A DNA stretch of 64,000 nt from Escherichia coli (GTDB taxonomy: Bacteria > Pseudomonadota > Gammaproteobacteria > Enterobacterales > Enterobacteriaceae), in NCBI RefSeq assembly GCF_044324785.1, contig NZ_CP172127.1; one strand, written 5' to 3'. Shown one piece after another: positions 1-11,725 of the stretch. A model generated the notes under the pieces. The model did not search any database. It was not told where the DNA came from and worked only from the letters and a program-made list of their open reading frames with translations. The translations under genes were made by a program, and so were the position numbers. Numbering within the stretch: position 1 is the stretch's first letter; each line of letters begins with the position of its first letter.

Positions 1-1
1 T

Positions 2-322
2 GAAGCGGGTAGCGAGCTGCGTGACCGTCTCTGGGCGAACGCGCGTCAGTTCCGTGAGCAAATGTCGGCGGCGGGCTTTACCCTGGCGGGAGCCGATCAC
101 GCCATTATTCCGGTCATGCTTGGCGATGCGGTAGTAGCGCAGAAATTTGCTCGTGAGCTGCAAAAAGAGGGGATTTACGTCACCGGTTTCTTCTATCCGG
201 TCGTTCCGAAAGGTCAGGCGCGTATTCGTACCCAGATGTCTGCGGCGCATACCCCTGAGCAAATTACGCGTGCAGTAGAAGCATTCACGCGTATTGGTAA
301 ACAACTGGGCGTTATCGCCTGA
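2..322 (+). CDS. kbl: 2-amino-3-ketobutyrate CoA ligase, C-terminal part (5' end outside window)
   Basis: Open frame from window edge; translation matches Kbl C-terminus; immediately upstream of tdh as in the kbl-tdh operon. Confidence 0.85.
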   Translation, partial: EAGSELRDRLWANARQFREQMSAAGFTLAGADHAIIPVMLGDAVVAQKFARELQKEGIYVTGFFYPVVPKGQARIRTQMSAAHTPEQITRAVEAFTRIGKQLGVIA

Positions 323-331
323 GGATGTGAG

Positions 332-1357
332 ATGAAAGCGTTATCCAAACTGAAAGCGGAAGAGGGCATCTGGATGACCGACGTTCCTGTACCGGAACTC
401 GGGCATAACGATCTGCTGATTAAAATCCGTAAAACAGCCATCTGCGGGACTGACGTTCACATCTATAACTGGGATGAGTGGTCGCAAAAAACCATCCCGG
501 TGCCGATGGTCGTGGGCCATGAATATGTCGGTGAAGTGGTAGGTATTGGTCAGGAAGTGAAAGGCTTCAAGATTGGCGATCGCGTTTCTGGCGAAGGCCA
601 TATCACCTGCGGTCACTGTCGCAACTGTCGTGGCGGTCGTACCCATCTGTGCCGCAACACGATCGGCGTCGGCGTTAACCGTCCGGGCTGCTTTGCCGAG
701 TATCTGGTGATTCCGGCGTTCAACGCTTTCAAAATCCCCGACAATATCTCCGATGATCTGGCTTCCATTTTTGATCCCTTCGGTAACGCCGTGCATACCG
801 CGCTGTCGTTCGATCTGGTGGGTGAAGATGTGCTGGTCTCTGGTGCAGGCCCGATTGGTATTATGGCGGCGGCGGTGGCGAAACACGTTGGTGCACGTAA
901 CGTGGTGATTACTGATGTTAACGAATACCGCCTTGAGTTGGCGCGTAAAATGGGTATCACCCGTGCGGTTAACGTCGCTAAAGAGAACCTCAATGATGTG
1001 ATGGCAGAACTGGGCATGACCGAAGGCTTTGATGTCGGTCTGGAAATGTCCGGTGCGCCGCCAGCGTTTCGTACCATGCTCGACACCATGAACCACGGCG
1101 GTCGTATTGCGATGCTGGGTATTCCGCCGTCTGATATGTCTATCGACTGGACCAAAGTGATCTTTAAAGGCTTGTTCATTAAAGGTATTTACGGTCGTGA
1201 GATGTTTGAAACCTGGTACAAGATGGCGGCGCTGATTCAGTCTGGCCTCGATCTTTCGCCGATCATTACCCATCGTTTCTCTATCGATGATTTCCAGAAG
1301 GGCTTTGACGCCATGCGTTCGGGCCAGTCCGGGAAAGTTATCCTGAGCTGGGATTAA
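332..1357 (+). CDS. tdh: L-threonine 3-dehydrogenase (Zn-dependent alcohol dehydrogenase family)
   Basis: 341-aa ORF; Zn-ADH motifs ([15 protein letters not shown]); synteny with kbl. Confidence 0.93.
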
Positions 1358-1366
1358 CACAAACAA

Positions 1367-1389
1367 GGGCTGGTATTCCAGCCCTTTTT
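1367..1389 (+). terminator. Rho-independent terminator after tdh
   Basis: GC stem gggctgg/ccagccc with 4-nt loop followed by T5 directly after tdh stop. Confidence 0.7.
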
Positions 1390-1595
1390 CCTGAGGATAA
1401 TCTGTTAAATATGTAAAATGCTGTCAGTAAAATAAAGAATGGGTAATTGCGCTGATCTCTTATATAGCTGTTCTCATTATCTCTCTACCCTGAAGTGACT
1501 CTCTCACCTGTAAAAATAATATCTCACAGGCTTAATAGTTTCTTAATACAAAGCCTGTAAAACGTCAGGATAACTTCAGAGGTCGTCGGTAATTT

Positions 1596-2630
1596 ATGAT
1601 GAACAGCACCAATAAACTTAGTGTTATTATTCCGTTATATAATGCGGGTGATGATTTCCGCACTTGTATGGAATCTTTAATTACGCAAACCTGGACTGCT
1701 CTGGAAATCATTATTATTAACGATGGTTCAACGGATAATTCTGTTGAAATAGCAAAGCATTACGCAGAAAACTATCCGCACGTTCGTTTGTTGCATCAGG
1801 CGAATGCTGGCGCATCGGTGGCGCGTAATCGTGGGATCGAGGCGGCGACGGGTAAATATGTCGCTTTTGTCGATGCTGACGATGAGGTCTATCCCACCAT
1901 GTACGAAACGCTGATGACCATGGCGTTAGAGGACGACCTCGACGTGGCGCAGTGCAACGCTGACTGGTGTTTTCGTGAAACGGGAGAAACCTGGCAATCC
2001 ATCCCCAGCGATCGCCTTCGCTCAACCGGTGTATTAACCGGCCCGGACTGGCTGCGGATGGGGCTTTCTTCGCGCCGTTGGACTCACGTTGTCTGGATGG
2101 GGGTTTATCGCCGCGATGTTATTGTTAAAAATAACATTAAATTTATTGCCGGATTACATCATCAGGATATTGTCTGGACAACAGAATTCATGTTTAACGC
2201 GCTGCGTGCGCGATATACCGAGCAATCGTTATATAAATATTATCTGCATAATACGTCAGTGAGTCGGTTGAATAGACAAGGGAATAAAAACCTTAATTAT
2301 CAACGTCACTATATTAAGATTACCCGCCTGCTAGAGAAATTAAATCGAAATTATGCCGACAAAATTACGATTTACCCGGAATTTCATCAGCAAATAACTT
2401 ACGAAGCATTGCGTGTTTGCCATGCGGTGCGCAAAGAGCCGGATATTATTACCCGCCAACGGATGATTGCCGAGATATTTACTTCCGGTATGTATAAGCG
2501 CCTGATTACCAATGTGCGCAGCGTGAAGGTGGGTTACCAGGCGTTACTGTGGTCTTTCCGCTTATGGCAATGGCGCGACAAAACGCGGTCGCACCATCGC
2601 ATTACGCGTAGCGCCTTTAATTTGCGCTAG
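1596..2630 (+). CDS. waaH: Family-2 glycosyltransferase (LPS core modification)
   Basis: 344-aa ORF; GT2 DxD-type motifs (INDGSTDNS, VDADDE); position next to tdh as yibD/waaH. Confidence 0.85.
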   Translation: MMNSTNKLSVIIPLYNAGDDFRTCMESLITQTWTALEIIIINDGSTDNSVEIAKHYAENYPHVRLLHQANAGASVARNRGIEAATGKYVAFVDADDEVYPTMYETLMTMALEDDLDVAQCNADWCFRETGETWQSIPSDRLRSTGVLTGPDWLRMGLSSRRWTHVVWMGVYRRDVIVKNNIKFIAGLHHQDIVWTTEFMFNALRARYTEQSLYKYYLHNTSVSRLNRQGNKNLNYQRHYIKITRLLEKLNRNYADKITIYPEFHQQITYEALRVCHAVRKEPDIITRQRMIAEIFTSGMYKRLITNVRSVKVGYQALLWSFRLWQWRDKTRSHHRITRSAFNLR

Positions 2631-3576
2631 CGTTAAGTTTTGCCGCTTCGGGCTGCTTGCCCCAGCCTTGCCACTGATGCTGGAAGTAAACGATCAGCGT
2701 GCTCTGGCTGATGCTTTCGCTTAATACTTCAAAGAAGCGATTAGCATAAACAGGTTCTATCGGTTTCTTCGGTTTGCAGAGCTTCACGCCACGGAACGGA
2801 TTACGCGGTGTGTCGGGCACAGTGTTTTTCGGCGGTGTAGACGTATCAATCTGCGGTTCATTCAGCAAGCTGCTGGCTTTCACCAGCGTAATGTCTGGCG
2901 GCAGGTTATAAACCATCTGTTGTAGCACGCGTACCGTGGAAGGGTGAGGATGCCCAATGGCAATGGTTGAACCGTTGCGACGCGCCAGATCAATTGCGCG
3001 ATTGAACTGCACACGGATGTCCGCTTCATTTTGCGAATCGTCGAGGAATACCTTCCGTTTGATCACCTTCACGCCAGTGCCTTGCGCGGCGCGCATCGCC
3101 TGGGTATTACCGATGGTTACGCTGTCGAGGAAGTAAAGATTGTAACGCTCCAGCGCCTGCATCACTTTCTGCATACCAAACAGGTTAGAGGTCATCTTGC
3201 TGCCCATGTGGTTGTTGATCCCCACGGCATAGGGCACGTTATTGACCGCACTACGAATAATGCGCTCAATTTCGTCGCTGCTCATCTCCGGGCGTAGCGT
3301 ATTTTTCTCCAGCGGCTGTTTACTCAGTGGTGCCATCGGTAGATGAATCAACACTTCGTGACCGCTGTTATGCGCTTTGGTCGCCATCTCTCTGGCGTGC
3401 GGTGAATCGGGTAATACAGCGACGGAGATGGCAGAAGGCATCGCCAGCACCTGGTTTTCGTTGTGCGGGCGATACCCAAAATCATCAATGACGATGGCAA
3501 GTTTGCCAGCAATTACGGGGGAGGAGAGCGCCAACAGAGCGGCAAATGCAAGAACGTTACGACGAAATGGAAACAA
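2617..3576 (-). CDS. yibQ: Divergent polysaccharide deacetylase family protein
   Basis: 319-aa ORF with signal peptide; last gene of gpmM-envC-yibQ arrangement. Confidence 0.85.
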   Translation of the reverse strand: MFPFRRNVLAFAALLALSSPVIAGKLAIVIDDFGYRPHNENQVLAMPSAISVAVLPDSPHAREMATKAHNSGHEVLIHLPMAPLSKQPLEKNTLRPEMSSDEIERIIRSAVNNVPYAVGINNHMGSKMTSNLFGMQKVMQALERYNLYFLDSVTIGNTQAMRAAQGTGVKVIKRKVFLDDSQNEADIRVQFNRAIDLARRNGSTIAIGHPHPSTVRVLQQMVYNLPPDITLVKASSLLNEPQIDTSTPPKNTVPDTPRNPFRGVKLCKPKKPIEPVYANRFFEVLSESISQSTLIVYFQHQWQGWGKQPEAAKLNASAN

Positions 3577-3579
3577 AAC

Positions 3580-4839
3580 TTATCTTCCCAACCACGGCTG
3601 TGGATTGACCGCCTGACCCTGGCGGCGAATTTCGAAATAGAGTGAAGGCCGACCCTGACCGCCACTGCTGCCCACCAGTGCAATCGGCTGGCCCGCGCGA
3701 ACCTGCGAACCAACGCTCACCAGTGCGCTCTGATTATAGCCGTAAAGACTCATGTCGCCTTTACCATGCTCAACCACCACCACCAGACCGTAGCCTTGCA
3801 GCCAGTCAGCCAGAATCACCCGACCGTCGGCAATTGCTTTAACTTCAGTGCCTTCAGAGGCACCGATCACCATCCCTTTCCAGCGTAGTTCGCCTTGTAG
3901 TTGTTCACCATAGCGATGCAGCGTAGGGCCACGAACTGGCCAGAATGCCTGACCACGCGGCGCACCCAGGCCACCGGTGCGAGACATCAGCGATTTTTCG
4001 CTTTCGGTCGGTTTGTAGGTGGTGCCTTTGCGCGTTGCTTCTTTCTGGCGGTCGCGAACCGCCTGGGCCTCACGCGCTTCTCGTTCAGCACGCGCTTTCG
4101 CCGCGGCTTCCGCACGGGCAATGCTGTTACGCAGACGGGATTCGTTGGCGCGCAGCTCGCTCAACTGTTGCTGACCTTGCTGGATGGAAGACTCCAGCCC
4201 TGCCAGCGTCTTTTTACGCTCGTTCAGCGCCTGGGTCAGCTTCGCCTGTTGGGCGCGCTGCTCATACAACAGCGTTTGTTGCTCGCTCTGTTTCTCTTCC
4301 AGCTCGGCGCGTTGCATAGCGACTTCTTCACGCGTTTGTTTCAACTGAGCAATGGTTTCTTGTCGCGCCTGGTTGAGATAGCCGAAATAAGCCTGTAAAC
4401 GCTGTCCACGCTGGCTTTCTTCACCGCTGAGAATCAGCTGAATACCGGTATGCTCGCCCTGACGGAATGCGGCATCCAGTTGTGCGGCGAGGCTGCGCTC
4501 CTGGGCGGCTTTTTGCTGCTCCAGTTTGGCAATCGACGCGTTCATCTCATCAATCTGTTTATTCAGTTGATTGAGCGTGTTTTGCGTTTCGCGCAGCTTA
4601 CGGGTGGCTTCCGAGATCGCTTCTTCCTGCTTTTTCAACTGAGCAAGCAGGCTGGAGCGTTGTTGTTGCTTTTGGCGTACCGCGCGCTCTTTCGCGGCGA
4701 TATCTGCCTGAATAGATTTGAGTTGGTCACGCTCATCCGCGTGGGCGGAAAAGGCGCACAACAATACGCCAGCGCTAAGAACGCTGGCGTAGATGATGGG
4801 CCTGATTGCAAACCTGCGCGGTTTCACGGCCCGTGTCAT
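3580..4839 (-). CDS. envC: Murein hydrolase activator EnvC (coiled-coil plus LytM domain)
   Basis: ORF 3580-4863; start trimmed to internal Met MTRAVKPRR to give 419 aa; Q/A/E-rich coiled coil then LytM-like C-terminus. Confidence 0.88.
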   Translation of the reverse strand: MTRAVKPRRFAIRPIIYASVLSAGVLLCAFSAHADERDQLKSIQADIAAKERAVRQKQQQRSSLLAQLKKQEEAISEATRKLRETQNTLNQLNKQIDEMNASIAKLEQQKAAQERSLAAQLDAAFRQGEHTGIQLILSGEESQRGQRLQAYFGYLNQARQETIAQLKQTREEVAMQRAELEEKQSEQQTLLYEQRAQQAKLTQALNERKKTLAGLESSIQQGQQQLSELRANESRLRNSIARAEAAAKARAEREAREAQAVRDRQKEATRKGTTYKPTESEKSLMSRTGGLGAPRGQAFWPVRGPTLHRYGEQLQGELRWKGMVIGASEGTEVKAIADGRVILADWLQGYGLVVVVEHGKGDMSLYGYNQSALVSVGSQVRAGQPIALVGSSGGQGRPSLYFEIRRQGQAVNPQPWLGR

Positions 4840-4872
4840 GGTATTAATCGCCTTTCCCCTCATGGGGAGGGA

Positions 4873-6417
4873 TTATTCCACGATGAACAGCGGCTTACCA
4901 GTCATCTCTTGCGGGATTTCCATACCCATCAGCGACAACATGGTCGGCGCGATGTCAGAAAGTTTGCCGCCTTCAACCGCTTTCACGTTCTTATCACCAA
5001 CGTAAATCAGCGGAACTGGTAGGTTGGTGTGTGCCGTGTGTGCCTGACCCGTTGCCGGATCGCGCATCTGTTCAGCGTTACCGTGGTCAGCGGTGATCAG
5101 CAGTTGTCCACCCACGGACTCAACCGCTTTCGCGACTTCTTCCACGCAGTGATCCAGCGCTTCAACCGCTTTAACCGCCGCTTCCATCACCCCGGTGTGA
5201 CCTACCATGTCGCCGTTCGGATAGTTACAGATAATGGTGTCGTATTTGCCGCTCTTGATTGCCGCAACCAGTTTTTCGGTCAGCTCTGCGGAGCTCATTT
5301 CCGGTTGCAGATCGTAGGTAGCCACTTTCGGTGAGTTGATCAGAATGCGATCTTCGCCTTTGAACGACTCTTCTACGCCACCGTTAAAGAAGAAAGTGAC
5401 GTGGGCATATTTTTCGGTTTCGGAAATACGCAACTGAGTTTTGTCGTTTTTCGCCATCCATTCGCCGAAGGTGTTAACCAGGGAAGCTGGTGGGTAAGCA
5501 ACCGCAGTTTTGATGTCAGCGGCGTATTCGGTCAGCATCACGAAATCGACGTTAACCACTTTCTTACGCGCGAAGCCATCGAAATCAGCGTTCACGAATG
5601 CACGAGTGATTTCACGTGCGCGGTCAGCACGGAAGTTCATGAAAATCAGCGCATCGCCGTCTTCCATTGCCGCATCTGGCTGACCTTCTGCACGAATAAC
5701 GGTCGCTTTCACGAACTCGTCGTTTTCGTCGCGAGCATAAGCAGCCTGCAAACCAGCAACGGCGGTATCGGCCTGGAACTCGCCCTGCGCCAGAGTCAGC
5801 AGGTCATAAGCTTTTTCAACGCGATCCCAACGGTTATCGCGGTCCATGGCGTAGTAACGACCAATGATGGACGCTACGCGGCCTTTGCCCAGTGCGGCAA
5901 ATTTTTCTTCGAATTTTTTCAGCGAGGATTCAGCACTGCGCGGTGGAGTGTCGCGACCGTCAAGGAATGCGTGCAGGTAGATTTTTTCTGCGCCGCGTTC
6001 AGCGGCCAGTTCTACCATCGCCATGATGTGATCTTCGTGGCTGTGTACGCCGCCTGCGGAGAGCAGACCCATAATGTGAACTGCTTTGCCTGCGTTTTTC
6101 GCTTTATCTACCGCGCCAGTCAGTACCGGGTTAGCGAAGAAAGCGCGATCTTTGATTTCAACGTCCAGACGAGTCAGGTCCTGATACACGATGCGGCCGG
6201 CACCCAGGTTAACGTGGCCTACTTCGGAGTTACCCATCTGACGGTCAGGCAGACCGACTTCCAGACCGGAAGCGTCGATCAGGGTATGCGGACGATTGGC
6301 CCACAGTGCATCCATTACCGGGGTTTTAGCACTAAAAATGGCGTTATCCTGCTGTTCTTCACGATAGCCATAGCCATCCAGAATCACCAGTACCATAGGT
6401 TTTTTAGAAACCGACAT
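4873..6417 (-). CDS. gpmM: 2,3-bisphosphoglycerate-independent phosphoglycerate mutase
   Basis: ORF 4873-6639; start trimmed to [17 protein letters not shown] (ATG checked at 6415-6417) giving 514 aa. Confidence 0.9.
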   Translation of the reverse strand: MSVSKKPMVLVILDGYGYREEQQDNAIFSAKTPVMDALWANRPHTLIDASGLEVGLPDRQMGNSEVGHVNLGAGRIVYQDLTRLDVEIKDRAFFANPVLTGAVDKAKNAGKAVHIMGLLSAGGVHSHEDHIMAMVELAAERGAEKIYLHAFLDGRDTPPRSAESSLKKFEEKFAALGKGRVASIIGRYYAMDRDNRWDRVEKAYDLLTLAQGEFQADTAVAGLQAAYARDENDEFVKATVIRAEGQPDAAMEDGDALIFMNFRADRAREITRAFVNADFDGFARKKVVNVDFVMLTEYAADIKTAVAYPPASLVNTFGEWMAKNDKTQLRISETEKYAHVTFFFNGGVEESFKGEDRILINSPKVATYDLQPEMSSAELTEKLVAAIKSGKYDTIICNYPNGDMVGHTGVMEAAVKAVEALDHCVEEVAKAVESVGGQLLITADHGNAEQMRDPATGQAHTAHTNLPVPLIYVGDKNVKAVEGGKLSDIAPTMLSLMGMEIPQEMTGKPLFIVE

Positions 6418-6662
6418 TGCGACAACCTCATACTCAAGAGTCAAAATTTGCGTAATTTTACTACAGCTGAATCGATAAAATAGCCTCTGAAGATCAAAAT
6501 ATACGACCGCTCGCGGCAAGCCGATGCCAGATTTGCGCTTTTTTTTTCGTCGCGCCCCGCAAAATTGCATTCCAGTTAACGCGCTGGCTGTATTTGCCGC
6601 ACCGCGCAGGTATACTCCTTTCCTGGTTTTTTTAATCACTACGTCGGGAGTTGTTACCCCCC

Positions 6663-7094
6663 ATGCAAGAAATTATGCAATTTGTTGGCCGTCATCCCAT
6701 ACTGAGTATCGCCTGGATCGCGTTACTGGTGGCGGTTCTTGTGACTACGTTTAAGAGCCTGACCTCGAAAGTGAAGGTGATTACTCGTGGTGAAGCTACG
6801 CGTCTGATCAACAAAGAAGACGCTGTGGTTGTGGATTTACGTCAGCGTGATGACTTCCGTAAAGGCCATATCGCAGGTTCTATCAACTTGTTGCCGAGCG
6901 AAATCAAAGCCAACAATGTTGGTGAGCTTGAGAAGCACAAAGACAAACCGGTTATCGTGGTAGACGGTTCTGGCATGCAGTGCCAGGAGCCTGCAAACGC
7001 GCTGACGAAAGCTGGTTTTGCGCAAGTATTCGTGCTGAAAGAGGGCGTTGCTGGCTGGGCTGGCGAAAACTTACCTCTGGTGCGCGGCAAATAA
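6663..7094 (+). CDS. yibN: Rhodanese-domain inner membrane protein
   Basis: ORF 6651-7094; start at MQEIMQFVG (ATG at 6663); TM helix then rhodanese fold. Confidence 0.85.
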
Positions 7095-7235
7095 TTTACC
7101 TGTCGTCTTTCATGATGCAGGCCGTTAGCTGCAATTAGGCCCCCAGCGACTTATTGTTATAAGCTTCTGGGGACACTCCATTTTGCAGCCGCCCTGCAAC
7201 ATGAAATTTCAGGGTAAAAAAACAGGAGCTAAGTT

Positions 7236-7487
7236 ATGGCCAATGTTGAAATCTATACCAAAGAAACCTGCCCGTATTGCCATCGTGCGAAAGCACTGCT
7301 GAGCAGCAAGGGCGTGAGTTTTCAGGAGTTGCCGATCGATGGCAACGCCGCTAAGCGTGAAGAGATGATCAAACGCAGCGGGCGCACCACGGTTCCCCAG
7401 ATTTTTATTGACGCACAGCACATTGGCGGCTGTGATGACTTGTATGCATTGGATGCACGTGGTGGACTGGATCCCCTGCTGAAATAA
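7236..7487 (+). CDS. grxC: Glutaredoxin 3
   Basis: 83-aa ORF with CPYC active site. Confidence 0.93.
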
Positions 7488-7549
7488 CGTGTGAACGTTG
7501 GCATTACATTGCGCAGTATTTAAGGACAACACTTAAGGGTTTTCTACAC

Positions 7550-8017
7550 ATGTCAGAACAAAACAACACCGAAATGACTTTCCAGATCCAACGTATTTAT
7601 ACCAAGGATATTTCTTTCGAAGCGCCGAACGCGCCGCACGTTTTCCAGAAAGATTGGCAGCCAGAAGTTAAACTTGATCTGGATACGGCATCTTCTCAAC
7701 TGGCAGATGACGTTTACGAAGTGGTACTGCGTGTTACCGTAACGGCCTCCCTGGGCGAAGAAACCGCGTTCCTGTGTGAAGTTCAGCAGGGCGGTATTTT
7801 CTCCATCGCGGGTATCGAAGGCACCCAGATGGCACATTGCCTGGGTGCATACTGCCCGAACATTCTGTTCCCGTATGCTCGTGAGTGCATCACCAGCATG
7901 GTATCCCGCGGTACATTCCCGCAACTGAACCTTGCGCCGGTTAACTTCGATGCGCTGTTCATGAACTATTTGCAGCAGCAGGCTGGCGAAGGTACTGAAG
8001 AACATCAGGATGCCTGA
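7550..8017 (+). CDS. secB: Protein-export chaperone SecB
   Basis: 155-aa ORF, acidic C-terminus, upstream of gpsA. Confidence 0.93.
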
Positions 8018-9036
8018 TGAACCAACGTAATGCTTCAATGACTGTGATCGGTGCCGGCTCGTACGGCACCGCTCTTGCCATCACCCTGGCAAGAAATGGC
8101 CACGAGGTTGTCCTCTGGGGCCATGACCCTGAACATATCGCAACGCTTGAACGCGACCGCTGTAACGCCGCGTTTCTCCCCGATGTGCCTTTTCCCGATA
8201 CGCTCCATCTTGAAAGCGATCTCGCCACTGCGCTGGCAGCCAGCCGTAATATTCTCGTCGTCGTACCCAGCCATGTCTTTGGTGAAGTGCTGCGTCAGAT
8301 TAAACCGCTGATGCGTCCTGATGCGCGTCTGGTGTGGGCGACCAAAGGGCTGGAAGCGGAAACCGGGCGTCTGTTACAGGACGTGGCGCGTGAAGCGTTA
8401 GGCGATCAAATTCCGCTGGCGGTTATCTCTGGCCCAACGTTTGCGAAAGAACTGGCAGCAGGTTTACCGACGGCTATTTCGCTGGCCTCGACCGACCAGA
8501 CCTTTGCCGATGATCTCCAGCAGCTGCTGCACTGCGGCAAAAGTTTCCGCGTTTACAGCAACCCGGATTTCATTGGCGTGCAGCTTGGCGGCGCGGTGAA
8601 AAACGTCATCGCCATTGGCGCGGGGATGTCCGACGGTATCGGTTTTGGTGCGAATGCGCGTACGGCGCTGATCACCCGTGGGCTGGCTGAAATGTCGCGT
8701 CTTGGTGCGGCGCTGGGTGCCGATCCTGCCACCTTTATGGGCATGGCGGGGCTGGGCGATTTGGTGCTGACCTGTACCGACAACCAGTCGCGTAACCGCC
8801 GTTTTGGCATGATGCTCGGTCAGGGCATGGATGTACAAAGCGCGCAGGAGAAGATTGGTCAGGTGGTTGAAGGCTACCGCAATACGAAAGAAGTCCGCGA
8901 ACTGGCGCATCGCTTCGGCGTTGAAATGCCAATAACCGAGGAAATTTATCAAGTATTATATTGCGGAAAAAACGCGCGCGAGGCAGCATTGACGTTATTA
9001 GGTCGTGCACGCAAGGACGAGCGCAGCAGCCACTAA
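8017..9036 (+). CDS. gpsA: NAD(P)H-dependent glycerol-3-phosphate dehydrogenase
   Basis: 339-aa [13 protein letters not shown]ossmann motif; start overlaps secB stop. Confidence 0.93.
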   Translation: MNQRNASMTVIGAGSYGTALAITLARNGHEVVLWGHDPEHIATLERDRCNAAFLPDVPFPDTLHLESDLATALAASRNILVVVPSHVFGEVLRQIKPLMRPDARLVWATKGLEAETGRLLQDVAREALGDQIPLAVISGPTFAKELAAGLPTAISLASTDQTFADDLQQLLHCGKSFRVYSNPDFIGVQLGGAVKNVIAIGAGMSDGIGFGANARTALITRGLAEMSRLGAALGADPATFMGMAGLGDLVLTCTDNQSRNRRFGMMLGQGMDVQSAQEKIGQVVEGYRNTKEVRELAHRFGVEMPITEEIYQVLYCGKNAREAALTLLGRARKDERSSH

Positions 9037-9114
9037 TCCCAGGGAACTTTGTTACCGCTATGACCCGGCCCGCGCAGAACGGGCCGGTCATTATCTCATC
9101 GTGTGGAGTAAGCA

Positions 9115-9936
9115 ATGTCGTGTGAAGAACTGGAAATTGTCTGGAACAATATTAAAGCTGAAGCCAGAACGCTGGCGGACTGTGAGCCAATGCTGGCCAG
9201 TTTTTACCACGCGACGCTACTCAAGCACGAAAACCTGGGCAGTGCACTGAGCTACATGCTGGCGAACAAACTGTCATCGCCAATTATGCCTGCCATTGCT
9301 ATCCGCGAAGTGGTGGAAGAAGCCTACGCCGCCGACCCGGAAATGATCGCCTCTGCGGCCTGTGATATTCAGGCAGTGCGTACCCGCGACCCGGCAGTCG
9401 ATAAATACTCAACCCCATTGTTATACCTGAAAGGTTTTCATGCCTTGCAGGCCTATCGTATCGGTCACTGGCTTTGGAATCAGGGCCGCCGCGCACTGGC
9501 AATATTTCTGCAAAACCAGGTTTCTGTGACGTTCCAGGTTGATATTCACCCGGCAGCAAAAATTGGTCGCGGTATCATGCTTGACCATGCGACGGGCATC
9601 GTCGTCGGTGAAACGGCGGTGATTGAAAACGACGTATCGATTCTGCAATCTGTGACGCTTGGCGGTACGGGTAAATCTGGTGGTGACCGTCACCCGAAAA
9701 TTCGTGAAGGTGTGATGATTGGCGCGGGCGCGAAAATTCTCGGCAATATTGAAGTTGGGCGCGGCGCGAAGATTGGCGCAGGTTCCGTGGTGCTGCAACC
9801 GGTGCCGCCGCATACCACCGCCGCTGGCGTTCCGGCACGCATTGTCGGTAAGCCGGATAGCGATAAACCGTCAATGGATATGGATCAGCATTTCAACGGT
9901 ATTAACCATACGTTTGAATATGGGGATGGGATCTGA
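9115..9936 (+). CDS. cysE: Serine O-acetyltransferase
   Basis: 273-aa ORF; hexapeptide-repeat acyltransferase C-terminal half. Confidence 0.93.
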   Translation: MSCEELEIVWNNIKAEARTLADCEPMLASFYHATLLKHENLGSALSYMLANKLSSPIMPAIAIREVVEEAYAADPEMIASAACDIQAVRTRDPAVDKYSTPLLYLKGFHALQAYRIGHWLWNQGRRALAIFLQNQVSVTFQVDIHPAAKIGRGIMLDHATGIVVGETAVIENDVSILQSVTLGGTGKSGGDRHPKIREGVMIGAGAKILGNIEVGRGAKIGAGSVVLQPVPPHTTAAGVPARIVGKPDSDKPSMDMDQHFNGINHTFEYGDGI

Positions 9937-9949
9937 CGTCCTGTGATTG

Positions 9950-9986
9950 TGCCGGATGCGATGTAATCATCTATCCGGCATACAGT
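9950..9986. repeat. REP-like palindromic element
   Basis: gccggatgcg...tccggca motif between convergent cysE and trmL. Confidence 0.5.
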
Positions 9987-9988
9987 AA

Positions 9989-10462
9989 CTAATCTCTCAA
10001 TACCGCTCCCGGATACCCCAGCTGCCGCCAGGCTTCATACACCACGACCGACACCGCATTGGACAGGTTCATGCTGCGGCTGTCCGGCACCATTGGAATG
10101 CGAATTTTTTGTTCAGCGGGCAGGGCATCAAGAATGCTTGCTGGCAGGCCGCGCGTTTCCGGGCCGAACATCAGATAATCGCCATCCTGATAGCTTACGG
10201 CGCTGTGAGCAGGCGTACCTTTCGTGGTGAGGGCAAACAGGCGCTGGGGATTTTCTGCTTCGAGGAACGCGCGATAGTCATGATGACGCGTAACGGCGGT
10301 AAACTCGTGATAGTCCAGCCCCGCGCGGCGCAGGCGCTTATCGTCCCAGGCAAATCCCATCGGTTCGATGATATGCAGACGAAAGCCGGTATTAGCGCAA
10401 AGACGGATGATGTTGCCAGTATTTGGCGGAATTTCTGGTTCGTAAAGTACGATGTTTAGCAT
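9989..10462 (-). CDS. trmL: tRNA (cytidine/uridine-2'-O)-methyltransferase, SpoU family
   Basis: 157-aa ORF; SPOUT motifs; synteny with lldD/cysE. Confidence 0.9.
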   Translation of the reverse strand: MLNIVLYEPEIPPNTGNIIRLCANTGFRLHIIEPMGFAWDDKRLRRAGLDYHEFTAVTRHHDYRAFLEAENPQRLFALTTKGTPAHSAVSYQDGDYLMFGPETRGLPASILDALPAEQKIRIPMVPDSRSMNLSNAVSVVVYEAWRQLGYPGAVLRD

Positions 10463-10534
10463 ACTGCCCCCTTAGTGCGGGGGCAGGATAGCAGAAAATT
10501 GGTGATTGGTACGGTCTTTTCCCCTCACCCCCGA

Positions 10535-11725
10535 CTATGCCGCATTCCCTTTCGCCATCGGAGCCAGTGCCGCAGGCAACTCTTTACCCAGCCCCTGCAC
10601 CAGCGAATCTTGCGTAATTTCGCTAATTGATTTCGCACCAGTCAGCGTCATTGCCACTTTCATCTCTTTTTCGATCAGATTCAGCAGGTTAGCTACACCC
10701 GCCTGGCCCGCTGTTGCCAGCGCATACAGGAAAGCACGACCCAGCAGTATGGTATCAGCACCGAGCGCGATCATACGCACGACATCAAGCCCGTTACGAA
10801 TCCCGCTATCTGCCAGAATGGCGATATCACCTTTCACGGCATCTGCAATAGCAGGCAGTGCACGAGCAGAAGAGAGTACGCCATCTAACTGGCGGCCACC
10901 GTGGTTAGAAACCACAATTCCATCAGCACCAAAACGTACTGCATCGCGCGCATCTTCCGGATCGAGGATCCCTTTGATCACCATCGGGCCATCCCAGAAA
11001 TCGCGGATCCACTCAAGGTCTTTCCATGAGATGGACGGATCGAAGTTATTCCCCAGCCAGCCGATGTAATCTTCCAGTCCGGTCGGTTTGCCGAGGTAAG
11101 CCGAGATATTACCTAAATCATGTGGACGACCGTTCAGGCCCACATCCCACGCCCATTGCGGATGCGTCACCGCCTGCAAATAGCGGCGCATTGCCGCGTT
11201 CGGGCCGCTCATCCCAGAATGTGCATCACGGTAACGTGCGCCCGGTGTCGGCATATCCACGGTGAAAACCAGCGTCGAGCAGCCTGCCGCTTTTGCTCGC
11301 TCCAGCGCGTTACGCATAAAGCCGCGATCGCGCAGCACATAAAGCTGGAACCACATCGGACGTTTAATGGCTGGAGCGACTTCTTCAATCGGGCAAACGG
11401 AAACCGTCGAGAGAGTAAACGGAATGCCATGCGCATCCGCCGCTTTGGCAGCCTGAACTTCGCCACGACGCGCATACATGCCACACAAACCCACCGGAGC
11501 CAGCGCCACCGGCATCGACAATTTCTCATTAAACAGCGTCGTTTCCAGGCTTAAGTCAGACATGTTTTTCAGAATACGCTGGCGCAGCGCCACTTCTGAC
11601 AAATCTTCCACGTTGCGGCGCAGCGTGTATTCAGAATATGCACCCCCATCCATATAGTGGAACAGGAACGGCGGCAGAATGCGTTGTGCTGCGGCGCGAT
11701 AATCGCTGGCTGCGGAAATAATCAT
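10535..11725 (-). CDS. lldD: FMN-dependent L-lactate dehydrogenase
   Basis: 396-aa ORF; alpha-hydroxy-acid oxidase family; lldPRD operon order. Confidence 0.93.
   Translation of the reverse strand: MIISAASDYRAAAQRILPPFLFHYMDGGAYSEYTLRRNVEDLSEVALRQRILKNMSDLSLETTLFNEKLSMPVALAPVGLCGMYARRGEVQAAKAADAHGIPFTLSTVSVCPIEEVAPAIKRPMWFQLYVLRDRGFMRNALERAKAAGCSTLVFTVDMPTPGARYRDAHSGMSGPNAAMRRYLQAVTHPQWAWDVGLNGRPHDLGNISAYLGKPTGLEDYIGWLGNNFDPSISWKDLEWIRDFWDGPMVIKGILDPEDARDAVRFGADGIVVSNHGGRQLDGVLSSARALPAIADAVKGDIAILADSGIRNGLDVVRMIALGADTILLGRAFLYALATAGQAGVANLLNLIEKEMKVAMTLTGAKSISEITQDSLVQGLGKELPAALAPMAKGNAA

Noticed and set aside
341..1366. 341-aa ORF on the minus strand fully antisense to tdh
   Set aside because: Same size and position as tdh on the opposite strand; tdh has clear Zn-ADH motifs, the antisense product is low-complexity and His/Arg-rich. 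Shadow ORF.
3580..4863. Longer N-terminal extensions of several ORFs in the track (envC, gpmM, mtlD, lldR, lldP, aldB, yiaN, yiaK, avtA, sgbU, yibN, yiaW, GH127)
   Set aside because: ORF finder reports the longest frame; I trimmed to internal start codons matching the known protein N-termini and, where checked, an appropriately placed ATG/GTG. Extended versions overlap upstream genes or intergenic signals.
5401..6483. 360-aa plus-strand ORF antisense to gpmM
   Set aside because: Lies entirely within gpmM on the opposite strand with no recognisable domains; shadow ORF typical of GC-rich coding DNA.
10464..10487. Hairpin ctgccccc...gggggcag between lldD and trmL as a terminator
   Set aside because: GC stem is present but there is no adjacent T-run on either strand and trmL starts immediately after; cannot support an intrinsic terminator call.
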